Positions 48,810-62,409 of a stretch of 64,000 bases of DNA are shown here, in pieces. The stretch spans positions 9,176,001-9,240,000 of the forward strand of contig NC_043000.1 of assembly GCF_006345805.1 (NCBI RefSeq), written 5' to 3'. Below the pieces are notes generated by a model. It had not been told where the DNA came from. It saw only the letters and a program-made list of their open reading frames with translations, and made no database searches. This DNA is from Octopus sinensis (lineage: Eukaryota). The position numbers were made by a program, and so were the translations under genes. How positions within the stretch are numbered: position 1 is the stretch's first letter; each line of letters starts with the position of its first letter.

Positions 48810-49190
48810 CAAATTAAAGCTCCTGAAGACACTAGTGTAGTATGTTTTACTGTATGGATGTGAGAACTGAATTCTAAAGGCGAATAAGAGCCAAACTCAA
48901 GGCATTTGAAGCAACATGATACCGAAGTGTACTGCGGATCAACTGGACTTACCATCGAAGAAATGAGGAAACAGAGAGAGGATTATTGGTAACGGTCAGG
49001 AAGAGTTGGTTGTAGTAGTTTGTACACGTTACCAGGAGAAACCAGTACCTCAGCACTCACACCCTAGAGAGAAGAATCAATAGGAAACGAGGGAAAAGGA
49101 GAGCGAAAAGACACTGGCTGGACGAGACCAAAGAATGGACCGGAAGACTTCTGGCTGAATGCGCAACTATAACTAGAGCCAGGAATAAAT
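48810..49190 (+). pseudogene. RTE-type LINE 3' fragment
   Basis: Degenerate LLYGCE.W..AFE...R..LRI.W...NEE pattern. Confidence 0.6.
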
Positions 49191-49991
49191 CCAGTTGGTC
49201 AATTCTAGATGTTTATTTATTTTTTTTTTACAGAGCATTGCCACCAGATACTATCCGACTTTTGGAAAGATTATAGATAGCTCGTTTCGTTTTTTCCACA
49301 TTCTTGTAAAAACCCATTTTTCATTACCTGCGATCGTTCTTTTGAAAAATGTGATGTATTTGTAACGTTTGAGCAGAGAATAAAAGATGGAAACGTGGTC
49401 CATTAATTTTTTTCTGTTAAATTATGAGGTAATCAAACAAAATAGCGATACGCGTATCTAAGTGTTTTTAAATGCCTCATAACATTCATATGAAATATAT
49501 GAAGAATCTCTGCGATGCCTTGTATCATGTGACCAAGATTAGTCTTGATTAGTGTTTCGATTTAGTCATTAACAACTTTACTCATCATCAACAACTATAG
49601 GCATGCCAGAACGTCCAGTCTTCCACATAAACAATTTCATTCCTAAAGCTAGTGAACCACTTACGAACAGTCGTCTCAGCTATAGCATCATCCCCATAAA
49701 CTACACAGAATTTCTTTGCTGTTTGCAGCGTTTTTTTTCCCATTTCGAAAATATTTCATTTTTCTCCCTTTCAACTTTTAACGTAACAGCAATAGACATA
49801 AATTATCCACACAGTAATCGTATAAAGACGTGTTCAAATGTCACCTTTCAGTAAAATATATATGCCTTTGTCACATGAGAAACGGAATCATGTTTTTAAA
49901 GGCCAACAATTGAAAAATGGTACGAACTTTTCTGCAAACCCAAATCATATATATATGCATGCATGCATTTAGATATAGTTATGTACAAAAG

Positions 49992-50079
<88 letters not shown>

Positions 50080-50189
50080 TGTGTGTGTGTGTGTGTATGT
50101 GTGTGTCTGTGTGTGTGTGTGTGTGTGTGTATGCATGTGTGTGTGTGTGTGAAGGTGAGTGCCAAAATAGAGAAAGTGTGTTTGTGTGA

Positions 50190-50500
50190 TGACGCATGGC
50201 TCAGTGATTAGAGGTTGTGAGTTCGATTCATGGACCGGGCTGCGTGTTGTGTTCTTGAGCAAGACACTTTATTTCAAGTTGCTTCAGTTAACTCAGCTGT
50301 GGAAATGAGTTGCGACATCACTGGTGCCAAGCTGAATTGACCTTTGCGTTTCCCTTGGATAACACCGGTCACGTGGAGAGGGGAGGGTGGTATGCATGGG
50401 CAACTGTTGGCCTTCTATAAACAAGCTTGCCCGGACTTGTGCCCGGGAGGGTAACTTTCTAGGTGCAATCCCATGGTCAGTCATGATCGAAGGGGGGTCT
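50190..50500 (+). mobile_element. CORE-like SINE (family C variant)
   Basis: Homologous to 23667-23990. Confidence 0.8.
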
Positions 50501-50519
50501 CCTCACAAATATATATATA

Positions 50520-52145
50520 TACTAGCATTATGATCCGTCGTTGCCGGGTCATAGTGCTAGTGCATGTATATATGTGTATATATATGTGTACATATTACAT
50601 GTACATCTATATATATACATCTACACATAAAATACAAAATACAAAGTTATATCTTGATATCGCTAGTGATAACAATACTCAAAATATATAACAGACTGGA
50701 ATTGTAGGCCCGTCTCTTGCAATTTCGATCAATTGTATCTTGTCCTCCCTCTTGTATAGAAGTGTGGCTTCAATCCAGCCTACCTCTACTTCTGGGGGAC
50801 ATTTTAAATTTTTACCCGGGACGTCCTACGTCCCAGATATAAAGATAAAAATAAAATATTTCCACTTTGCAAGGTTCGAGTCGAGTACTCCCTTGCATGC
50901 TTCGTTGACTCGAACCTTGCTTCTATTGTGGCGAAATTACCACAAGTATCTGGTTAGATACTTGATATCTTTCATAGTCGCACCAAGACACTTTTGGATA
51001 GTGCTTTCCTCCAGGTGTTCAAATCTTTTTTTCTCTATATTGTATACTTTATAGACAATAGTCTTTTCTTTAATTTAATTTTTTATTTTGTTTGGTGGTG
51101 TTATCCTAGATTCACTGTCTTTGTCGGTGATCAATCCGAAATAGGTTTGTATTTCTTCCATTTTAATTTTAATGAGTTCGCGCCCGCCGACGGCTGCAGT
51201 GAATTTCACTTTTGGACTTTCTTCTATCGAAGGCATTTTAACAAAAATGCTTCCGTATAAACGGTGAAAATATTGTCAATTTCCCCAAACAGGGACACAA
51301 TTCAATTTTTAAACAATAACCAAAGCTCCTTCTCCCAAAGGGGGCGGGGGTTATGGTTTACAATTATTTAACAAATGCAACACAACAACGTTTCACTTTC
51401 GAGGAACCAACAAACGTGATAACAATAGTTAAACAGTAATAATAATAACAAGCCTTACGGTGAATCGAAAAGCAGCACGCAGTTGAAGCTATAGTCCTTT
51501 ATGTAAAAGAAATAAACCAACAGCAGTACTCAATAGAAGTGGCTGTTCGAGAAAACAGACATTACATACAGCCAAACTTCATATAGATACTTAATGCTAG
51601 CAAATTAGCAGATAATCTAATGTAAGAGTCGTGGTAAAAGGTATGTGCACAGCTCCATCTGGACTATTCCATTTCTGCACACTAATTTTATTTTTAATTT
51701 ATTCCCATTCATGTGTAACCACTTATTCAAGTTCAAGTCATTGATGCAATTTTATACCAATTGCTATTTTTACTTTTGTTATGTTACGATTTAATTATTA
51801 TATTATACTTTAGTTTGATTTTAATCATTACTTACTACATATAATTCAATTGTTATTATTATCTCTAATTTTTATTGTTAAAGTGAAAGTATCTGACATA
51901 AAATAGAAAAATGTTTTTGTTTCACTTTTAACACGTAATACTGAAATAGTGGAGAAGATATGATATTACTATGGGCTCGCTCTAGGCAAGAAGTTGAACA
52001 TTTTTGCCCATGAAACTACATGGACCCTAAGTAAGGCATGTGTAAAATTTGAATGAAATTGGTTGTGTAATTCTCAAGTTTTAGGGAAACACACAGAGGC
52101 AGACAGACAGACAGACAGACATTCTCAGTTTTATATATACAGAGA
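50520..52145 (-). mobile_element. About 1.6-kb Helitron-like non-autonomous element
   Basis: Minus-strand 5' TCTCTGTATATATAAAACTGAGAATGTCTGTCTG at 52145; 3' hairpin ending CTAGT at 50521-50561. Confidence 0.55.
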
Positions 52146-52223
52146 TTGTGTGTGTATGTCTGTGTATGTGTGTATATATGTATATATATTTGTGTGTGTG
52201 TGTGCGTGTGTATGTGCGCGTGT

Positions 52224-52301
<78 letters not shown>

Positions 52302-52885
52302 ACAAAACTCTTGGCATCTGAATAACTTCATAATTTCTGCAGATCAAAATAATACCAATACTAATAATAGTCCTTTCTGCAATTGGCACACGGCCCAAAA
52401 TTGCGTCGGTGAGAGTTAGTCGATTTCATTAATCCCTGTGCTTGACTGATGCTTATTTTATCGACCCCAAAAGGATAAATAACAAAATCAACCTCAGCAG
52501 AATTTGAATTTGGAACGTAACGCCAGAAGCGTTTTTATCCTTTTACGGTAGCGATTCAGCCAGCTTACAGCCTTAATTATAGCAATGAGAATAATGATAT
52601 CTTATATATAGTCATAATTATTCTCGGAACAATTATGTAAAGGCTTTCCAAAAATCCAATTTTGACATTAGAGAGAAACAGAACGCTTTCTCACCCTCAA
52701 TTTATGCTTCGAAGATTACAATCTACGAAGCATAAGTTTCCAAATGTAAACAACTGTACATTTATTCATATTATACATATTTGCAATGTTATAATTTACT
52801 CTGTATTTTACATGTATGAATATATATATGTATATACGTCTTGTGTGTGCGTGCGTATGTATGTGTGTGTGTGTGTGTGTGTGTG

Positions 52886-52970
<85 letters not shown>

Positions 52971-52984
52971 ATATTCATATATCA

Positions 52985-53165
52985 TTTGTTTACTAGTTTC
53001 AGTTGCTGGACTGCGACCTTTCTGGAGCACAACCTTGGAAGGTTTCAAGCGAAGCTATCGTTCTAAGCGTAGTGCTTACTCTGTCGGTCTCTTATGCCGA
53101 AACGACAGGTTACAAGAACCTAAGCAAACCAGCACCGGCTGTCAAGTGTTGGCAGGACAGACACT
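52985..53165 (-). mobile_element. Family D SINE 3' half, degenerate
   Basis: Reverse tail TTTCAGTTGCTGGACTGCG..CTGGAGCAC. Confidence 0.6.
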
Positions 53166-53195
53166 AATGCGCACACATAGACATATGCATACATA

Positions 53196-53228
<33 letters not shown>

Positions 53229-53258
53229 ATATATATACCCACACACATATATACACAC

Positions 53259-53319
<61 letters not shown>

Positions 53320-53682
53320 GATCTGAATGATATGATATATATATGTAAAATATGTAATATATAAATAAATATCTGTAAATATGAACCATCCGATCTTCTG
53401 ATTACCTCATTTCTTCTAATATATATATATATATATACGCACTCATGACGTTAGTCCTTCAGTTTCAATCTACAAATCCACTCACAAAGCCATAATTTTA
53501 CAGACAAGTGTGAGAGGGTGTGTATTTATACACACGCGTGCGCGCGCATATATATGTGCACAAAATCTGTCTATATATATATATATATATATATACATAT
53601 ATATATTACATGCCTACATATGCATATGTATATATATATGTATTTATATGTATACATATACATATATATATGAATCTAGCAA

Positions 53683-56600
53683 ATGAATCTAGCAAAAGAA
53701 CTGGAAAAAAACATCCGAGCTATCACCCACCACCATCCACCACTATTACCCCACTGCACATGCCATTAAAAAGCAATCAAATAAACAAATCACCAAAACA
53801 ATTAAAACCATTCACTCTCGCCTCAACATTTCTGCTTAATGCCCAAGGCATCAGCCCTTCCACCAATACACAAAAATGGAAGATAAGATTCCTGGAGGAC
53901 TGGGTCGAGGCCCATCCAAACCACATCCCTTTCTTCGTCCTCACTGAAACCCATCTTAGTGACCTCCACTTGGAAGCGAGGTGAAAGTTAAAAATTTCAA
54001 AACCATTCGTGCTGATCGTGCTGGCAGAAGAAAGGGGGGACTGCCATTTATGTCCATGATTCATTCTCAACAGAAGCCATGAACATATTTTCCAATGGGT
54101 ACTGCGAAGCAGTCGCTGTATTCAGTCAAACCAACAACTTAACAGTAGTTGGGCTGTACAGACCACCCCAAACGCCCCTACCATGCTTCAAGGAATGCCT
54201 CAACAGCATAAAGTGTTTCATTCAGCAGTGTCAACCTGACAACATTTTAATGATGGGAGACTTCAACCTTCCCGGGGTTGACTGGTCTACAAACAGTCTG
54301 CCGCCAGGTTCTTCTCTCTCAACCCCTGACAAGGAGGCAGTGGAATCGCTTCTTGACTTCATGGATGACTTCTTCTTGTCCCAACTGGTACTCGAACCAA
54401 CGAGATGTCACAAAAACGTCTTAGACTTAATTTTCAGCAATCACACTGATACTATCCACAATATTGCAGTGGAGAAAACCTTACTCTCCGACCATGACAT
54501 GGTTCTCTGTGATCTGAGATTTCACTGGCCAAAATGCAAAACAAATGTCATCCCTCCTGTTCATCCATTTGACACTATGGATTTCCACAATGCAAACTGG
54601 GAAGCAATCAATAATGATCTTGCACAAGTCGATTGGTCCTTCACGCACACATACACACCCCCTAACATCAAAAAAGTCCTGGCAGTCACTTGTAGACACC
54701 ATCACGAACATATGTGCAAGACACACCCCATTAAGATCTACAAACAAATCTAAGTGTCGAATCCCTAGAAATAGAAAATCTCTCATAAGGAAAATTAAAA
54801 GAATCAACAAAAAGATCAACATGCTGAAATACTGTCAACAGCAACACACCAACCTGACTGCCATCTCGTCGCTAGAGATTAAAAAACATAAACTCCAAAA
54901 CAACATGATGTCTATCATCAATAGTCAGCGAAGAGCTGAAGAGGCCTGGGCCATTGAGAAGATCAAACTCAATCCCAAAGTGTTCTTTTCATTTGCAAAA
55001 AAACACAGAGTCACTGGTTCTACTGTTGGCCCTCTGATTGATGAAAATGGTACTCTTCAAGACAATGCCAAAACCATGGGAGAGATATTGCAGAAACAAT
55101 ATTGCTCTGTTTTCAGCAATCCTGATATGACTGATCTGGGCTGTATCAGTGATGTTACTCCCCAATACACTTTATCGGACATAACATTTGGCGCTCCTGA
55201 TGTCTTAGCAGCAATAAAGGAAATGAAGCATAATTCAGCAGTAGGTCCCGATAGGTTCCCTGCTTGTGTCTTGAAGATGTGTCAAAACCAACTTGCACCC
55301 CCTCTAGCCAATCTGTGGCGGAACTCACTGGATGCTGGATATATACCAGAAGACCTTCTATCCCAGTCTGTTGTCCCAGTTTTCAAAAAAGGAAACAAAT
55401 CGCTTGTCGTGAATTACCGTCCAATCTCACTCACCTCCCATATCATCAAGGTATTTGAGAGGGTGCTGAGATCGCGTATGACTCACTTCCTTGAGAGTCA
55501 TAATATGCTGAACCCCAACCAGCATGGATTCCGTAATGGGAGAGATTGCCTGACGCAGCTACTGCATCATTTTGATGACATTTTGAGAGCCTTGGGAGAA
55601 GATTCCAACACTGATGTCATCTACCTTGATTTCAGCAAGGCCTTCGACAGGGTTGATCATAAGATCCTTCTGAGAAAGCTGTCCAATATTGGTGTCACTG
55701 GAAAGCTGCTGCAGTGGATCAAGTGCTTCCTGTCTAACAGAACCCAACATGTTGTAGTCGAAGGAGTCAAATCCAGCCCAGCCAAAGTCAGCAGTGGTGT
55801 CCCACAAGGCACTGTGTTGGGCCCACTTCTCTTCATCATCTACATAAATGATATTACTGACACCATCAAACACAGTAACATCAGAACCTTCGCTGATGAT
55901 TCCAAGCTCCAGAAGGTCATCAATGGCGTGGATGACCGAATAAACCTTCAGTCAGACCTACTGGCTGTTGTCCAATGGGCGGAAAAGAATAACATGTTGC
56001 TAAATGAAGACAAATTCGAACTGATCCACTTTGGAAGGGAGGACGCTCTGAAACTCCCATACTCTCTTCCTTCTGGAGAAATTCTCATGGCATCCAACAA
56101 CATCAGAGACCTGGGAGTAACAGTGGACAACAACATAAGCTGGGCTACACATATAAGCAGCAAAGTTGACATGGCCCGCAGAATGTGTTCCTGGATTCTC
56201 AGAACCTTCCAGTCGAGAGATTCCCACGCTATTATCCTTCTCTTCTTCACTTTTGCCCGACCCCACCTTGAATACTACTGTCCACTGTGGTCTCCCTACA
56301 CAAAGCAAAATATTATGAGAATTGAAGCTCCCCAAAGGTCAATCACAAAAAAAGATAGATGGCATGTCAGACCTTGACTACTGGGGTAGACTAGAGAAGC
56401 TAAATTGTATTCACTCCAACGACGCCGTGAACGCTACATTATCTGTATGATGTGGAAAATATTCCATCAGCACTGTCCGAATGATGTTGGCATCACCTTC
56501 AAAATGCATCCAAGGCTTGGACCACGTGCCATCCGTCCACAACAAAAATCTAAATCGCATCACGTAACGACAATACGGCACAACTATTTCACCTCAATTG

Positions 56601-56866
56601 GACCCGCTCTCTTCAACATTACACCAGGACACGTCAAAAAAGAAACTGACCACACAAAATTCAAGAAGTCTTTGGACAAATTCCTTCAAACAGTACCGGA
56701 CAAACCACCCACACCCGGATATGTCTCCGCAAACAATAACTCTCTGCTCGAATGTGCCTTGGTGCCCAAATCCTGAACTGAAAGACTTCGCCAGGTGGTG
56801 CTATTAAGTTAGACATGGCCTGGGCCAATACTGGCCAAAACCTTTCTAAGTTATTCTAAGTTATAT
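53683..56866 (+). mobile_element. CR1/L2-group LINE (copy 2); ORF2 about 53760-56776, frameshifted
   Basis: LLNAQG, LTETHL, MGDFN, SDH; SKAFDRVDH, GVPQGTVLGPLLF, FADD; 3' UTR shared with copy 1. Confidence 0.93.
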
Positions 56867-56886
56867 ATATATATATATATATATAT

Positions 56887-59800
56887 GATTGATTGATTCT
56901 AGTTTCAGCTCACGAGCTGTAACCATGCTGGGGCACCGCCATTTGGTGTTGCTACATGGTTTTACTTCACGAATGCTTTTTAGCAACTGCCATTTGGTGC
57001 ATGAGAGAGTTCGATGCAGCTGCCCTCATCTGCACCTCCTGCCGTGAAGTTGGTTCATCTGGGATACCTGACAAGAAGAGACCCAGTTTCATTTTAAAGA
57101 CATCTGCATCAACCCCAAGCAGGTCTCTTAGGTTCTTCGGAGGATATTGAAGAGCTGTGGGCCTCGGAAGCCCAGGTTATCACAGTATCTTGTCCTACAT
57201 CTTGATGGCAAATTTGGAGTCCTTGGCACCACGCAGTGGCGCCCAGTTCTGGCATTTGTGTAACTCTAGATGCCAAAGTTTGGGACAAGTCCTTCCAGGA
57301 TCTTCCAGATGTATATTATGGCATATCTTTCTCGCCTACGCTCCAAGGAATAGAGTTTTAATCTCTTGAGTCTTTCCCAGTAGCTTATATTCTGCACAGA
57401 GGCTATCTTCTTCGTGTAGCTACGTTGGATCGCCTCAAGTTCTGTGATCAACTTGACACTGGATGGTGACCATAGCTGAGAGCAATAGTCAAAGTGGCTT
57501 AGGATAAGTGTCCTCCAGAGGACCATCATGGTTTCTTGTTCTCTCGTTCTAAAGGTTCTGAGAATCCATCCGGCCAGTCGTCTACATTTCATTGCCAATT
57601 TAGCAACATGTACACGAAAGGTTGCGTCATCACTCATGTAAATACCCAGGTCACGCACTGATTGTGCCTCTGGGATTGTAATTCCTCCGGGTCCAGTGTA
57701 TTCATTGGGTATTGCATTTAGTTTTGCATGCTGATAGCATAAAGCTTGAAACTTTTCAGCATTGAACTGCATGCTATTCTTTTCAGCCCACTTGTATATT
57801 TTGTCCAGCTCACATTGCAGGCGTTTAGTGTCCTCAGGGTTCTGTATTGCCTGTGAAACTTTTGTATCATCTGCATAACTTGTGATCGTGGCTCTCTGCG
57901 TGGCTGAGGGCGTGTTTGAGGGGGCCATTATGAACAGTAGTGGTCCCAAAACAGTGCCCTGCGGAACACCGCTCACTATTTGCGTATTAATGGAAGTGCC
58001 CATGGCTACTACCACCTGACTTCTATCTTTCAGAAAGTCATGAAGCCATTCTCCCAGTTTTCCAACTATGCTAAGATCACGCAGTTTGTGACATATCATT
58101 CCATGATCGACTTTATCAAAGGCCTTTGCAAAGTCGAGATATATCACTTCCACATTTGAGTGGTTGAGCAGTCGTTTCAGCACCCAGTCATAGTGTTGTA
58201 GGAGCCGAGTTAAGCAGCTTCTTCCTGGTCGGAAACCATGTTGGGTGTCAGGCAGCAAGTCATTTTCTTCAAGGAAGGTGATCAGTTTCCTTCTGACTAT
58301 TCGTTCCATGACCTTGCTGATGTGTGAGGTCACAGAGATAGGTCTGTAGTTCTTGGCCTCCGCTCTGCTACCTCCTTTATAAATAGGGCATATTTTACCT
58401 TCCTTCAGTTTTCTTGGAAGTTTGCCAGTTGCAAGGAAGCTCTGAAAGAGGAACTGCAGTGGTCTTGCTAGGACTCTCTTACATACTTTTAGGAGGATTG
58501 CCGGGAATCCATCGGGGCCAGTAGCTGAGTCTGTTTTCATTTCATCTATAGCCTTTATTACATCGTCTTCCTTTATATCGATGTAATCTATCGTCGCTGC
58601 CTCTGACTTTATATCTGCAGTGGTAAAGAAGTCAGTTGGATTGCTGATTTGGAAATGCCCAAGGGGTGGAGTGAAAACACTCTTGAATTGCTTATTCAGT
58701 ATTTCACTTACCCTCATTGGTTTCCTGTGAGTGTGCCATCCTTTTCAAGGAGTGGCCCTATCGTACAGTGCACCGTAGCTGTTTCTTTGGCATACCTGTA
58801 GAAATCTCTGGGGTTACATTTTATGTTGTCTATAGCCCAGGTTTCTTTGTCTGCTCTTTCCTTTTCATGGGAGAGTTGCAGACATTTTTCAATTTCCAAC
58901 AGTTTTATTTTCAGGCGGGACTTTTCACTGCTTTCAATTTGTTTGTTTAGGCGATTTGAAATTTTTGTACGCCGTCTCATTAAAATTTTCCCCTCTCCGG
59001 GGATTTTGTTCTTGTGTACAATGGCCTTTCTCTCTGTGACACATTTGTAGCATATGGCTTGCATTACAGACATGAATTGTTGAAGTTTCACGTCGATGTC
59101 TCGCGAGGAGAGACATTCAGGCCAGTTTTGTTTGAGGATCTCTTTCTCAATTTGTTTCCAGTTTGCCTTATGGAAGTTCAAGCTGGAAAGATTCTGAGGG
59201 TTTCTTGTAGGCTGCATGTCCATGCTTTCCTTTGGCCCGTACATGGTCAGCTGTACCATGTTGTGATCCGAGAGTAGTGTCGGTGTCACTTTCACATTAT
59301 GGATGAGATCCATATTATTTGTGAAGCAGAGATCCAGTGTGTTACCTGCCCTGGTTGGTTGGAGTATTACTTGCTCCATGTACAGGGTGTTGATGAGGTT
59401 CAGGAGGGACCTCGCCTGTCCTCGTTCACATCTTGTAATTCCTGGGAGAGAAAGGCCCTCGGGCCATCTGACATTGGGTAGATTGAAGTCTCCCATAAGA
59501 AGTACACTTATGTGTTGTTCTAATGTGATTAGAACTTCTATTTTTATAAAGCAGTCTTCAAACTTGCCTACATGGCTTGGGGCATCTGGAGGGCGATATG
59601 TAGCACACACAACTACATCAAGTTGCCTTATATGTACAATTAGTGTGTCACACACCGAGTTTGAGTATGACAAAAGGACCTGGGCTGTGAGGTCCTCACG
59701 GATGTACATAGCAACTCCTCCATGACTCCTTTCTTTTCTATCGGTCCGTAGTACAACATACTGTGGTATGTGTAATTCCGCATCTGCTATGTCCGGTTTC

Positions 59801-61400
59801 AGGTGCGTTTCCGTAAGTGCTATGCATAAGGCTTGATTGCATGCAACAAAGTCTCTCAAGAACGGGATTTTTGTCCTGTTACTGAGTGTTTGCAGTCCTC
59901 TGATGTTCAGTAGGAGCATCGAGGTGAGGTGTATGCTGTTGCCGGCGGTGTCCACCTTGGGTCTATTTGCTGTGGTGGTCTTGTATATTGTGGGTAGTCC
60001 CATCTGCGAGCTTGGGTTTGATGAAGCCAGGTTAGCTGCTGTACAATCTTTTGTGCCATGCACAAAAAAGATTCTTGTTCAGCAGCTGCCCTTTCAACAA
60101 CATCATGTTGGCCGTTTGTGGCACGCACCACATCTGCGTACCTCCGTTTTGGGGCAGGTGGTGCGTGTTCCATCCCTTTTCCTTTTGTTAGTTTGTTTCT
60201 GGTCTGTTTCGTGTCTCTGCGGCAGGGTCCCCGATGTGCAAAACGGCAGCCTGCACCTTCCTCTCCATGCCAGCAGGTACCTCTCAGGTAGAACCTACAC
60301 ACCCGTGTGCGCTGTTTGTTTCCATCCTTTTTGGTATATGGATAGTCAGTTTTACTTCTATTCTTGGCTGTTTCATTTTTTGGTTTTGTTTGAGTTTTTC
60401 TTTTAGTTTTTCCTCCTTTTATTTCTTCTTTGGGTTCTTCATCTCCATGGCTTTTGGTGCTGGTAGGAGCACTTGCACTTGGGTTTACTTCCCGGGCAGG
60501 TTTCTCACTTGAAACCTCTTCCCGGGTGTCTACTAGGTGGGGATGACTTCTTTCATCAGCACCCGTGTCTCCATCCTTGCCATCTTTACTTTGTTCCTTC
60601 TCAAAGATGGCATCAAGCGTGCCAATGTGAGATCTTATAAGTGCATAGGAGAGTATAAACTCCTGCTTCTTCCGCTCTATCTGAGCTATTGTCCTTTTAT
60701 AACTACCGCTCCTCAGCGCAGCTGTAATTATATTGTTAGGATTATCTCCGTCGGCGCATTGCCAGGCTCGTCCGAACAACGCCAATTCGTCACGTCTCCA
60801 GGTTCTGGACATGTTGGATACTCTATCTATTTATCTATCTAATTATGTTTAAAATTTAATAGTGTGATAGAGGGCAGAGAAGAAGTAGAGAAAGAAAGTG
60901 ACTGTGTATTTAGAGAGATTGAGAGCTGAGAGAAGATAAGAAGATATTTTATTTATTTATCTATCTAATTATATCTATTTATCTATCTAATTATATCTAT
61001 CTATTATATCTAATTTATCTATCTAATTATATTTATTTATCTATCTAATTATATCTATTTATCTATCTAATTATATCTATCTATTATATCTAATTTATCT
61101 ATCTAATTATATTTATTTATCTATCTAATTTATCTATCTAATTATATTTAAAATTTAATAGTGTGATAGAAGGTAGAGAAGAAATAGAGAAAGAAAGTGA
61201 CTGTGTATTTAGAGAGATTGAGAGCGGAGAGAAGATAGTGACTATATATTTAGAAAAATTGAGAGGCTGAGAGAGGAAAGATTGTTTGACAGAGAGAAGT
61301 GGAGAAATGAAGAGACAAGGAAAGATTGAACGGCTGAAAGAAGAGAGATGGTGTGATAGAGAGAAGTAAAGAGACAGAGGGAGAAACAAAAGAAAGAGAG
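56887..61400 (-). mobile_element. CR1/L2-group LINE (copy 3), probably near full length
   Basis: ORF1, ORF2 (56967-60063, frameshifted), (AATC)n tail and pyrimidine-rich repeated 5' region. The 5' limit is uncertain. Confidence 0.9.
59907..60812 (-). CDS. LINE ORF1, 301 aa, CCCH zinc finger
   Basis: C-x7-C-x8-C-x3-H (CRFYLRGTCWHGEEGAGCRFAH); intact ATG to TGA; overlaps the ORF2 start. Confidence 0.8.
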   Translation of the reverse strand: MSRTWRRDELALFGRAWQCADGDNPNNIITAALRSGSYKRTIAQIERKKQEFILSYALIRSHIGTLDAIFEKEQSKDGKDGDTGADERSHPHLVDTREEVSSEKPAREVNPSASAPTSTKSHGDEEPKEEIKGGKTKRKTQTKPKNETAKNRSKTDYPYTKKDGNKQRTRVCRFYLRGTCWHGEEGAGCRFAHRGPCRRDTKQTRNKLTKGKGMEHAPPAPKRRYADVVRATNGQHDVVERAAAEQESFLCMAQKIVQQLTWLHQTQARRWDYPQYTRPPQQIDPRWTPPATAYTSPRCSY

Positions 61401-62214
61401 GAGGTTACGAAGCTGAAATAAAAATGAAAGATTAAGAAAATGAAAGATTATTAACAGGAAAGCTGAAATAGAAAATAATAGATTCTGAAATAGAGACGGA
61501 AAGATTATTAAAGTACACGTCTATGTATATATACGTATATATACACGCGCACATACATACACATACATACACACATATACAAATACAGAGAGAGAGAGGA
61601 GGTAGAAGAAAGAAAGTGAGGAAAATATATTAAAATATATTAAAGTGGGGAAAAGAAGGAGTTATATAATTCTAAAACTAATTACAAGAAGATAGATGTA
61701 TGAAAGCGAAACAGAAATTGAAAGAGAGTTATTCTCAGAATGTAAACAAAGATGGCTTCGTAAATTTTAACGGAGATGCTAGCTTAAGTTAAAGGGAAAT
61801 AAAATAATAAATAAAATATGAAATAGAATATGAAAGCAATACTTATCATAAACGGTGCAGTCTAGACCTTCGTGCTTTACGGAATTATTATTCCTTCACA
61901 GGAAAAATGCTTCTTTTTCTTTCTTACAGGAGATAAATTAATTTAATGAGTTGCCACCATATGCGTTTTCGGCGAAAAAAACCTACTGTATTACATTTGG
62001 CTTCAGGCAAAATATATTACGTTTTTGATTAATATATTTTTAATTAATGTATTTTAGTAGACTTTATGAGTTAACAAAGTTCTACGTTTTGTTACTTTCA
62101 GTAGATTATTTCGCCGATTTATGCAAACCTTTCTGTTTTTTCACAGAGCAAAAGCAAAAACGTCCTTCCTCTGCGAAAACCGGAACTATATATATATATA
62201 TATATTATATTATA

Positions 62215-62278
<64 letters not shown>

Positions 62279-62409
62279 GCATGTATGTATACACGTCTTT
62301 ATCTACTTTCTTTTATTTCACGCATTCATATTTTTTTACATATATATATATACATACATGTATATTTATATCCATAGTATGTATGTTTTTATATATACAT
62401 ATATATATA

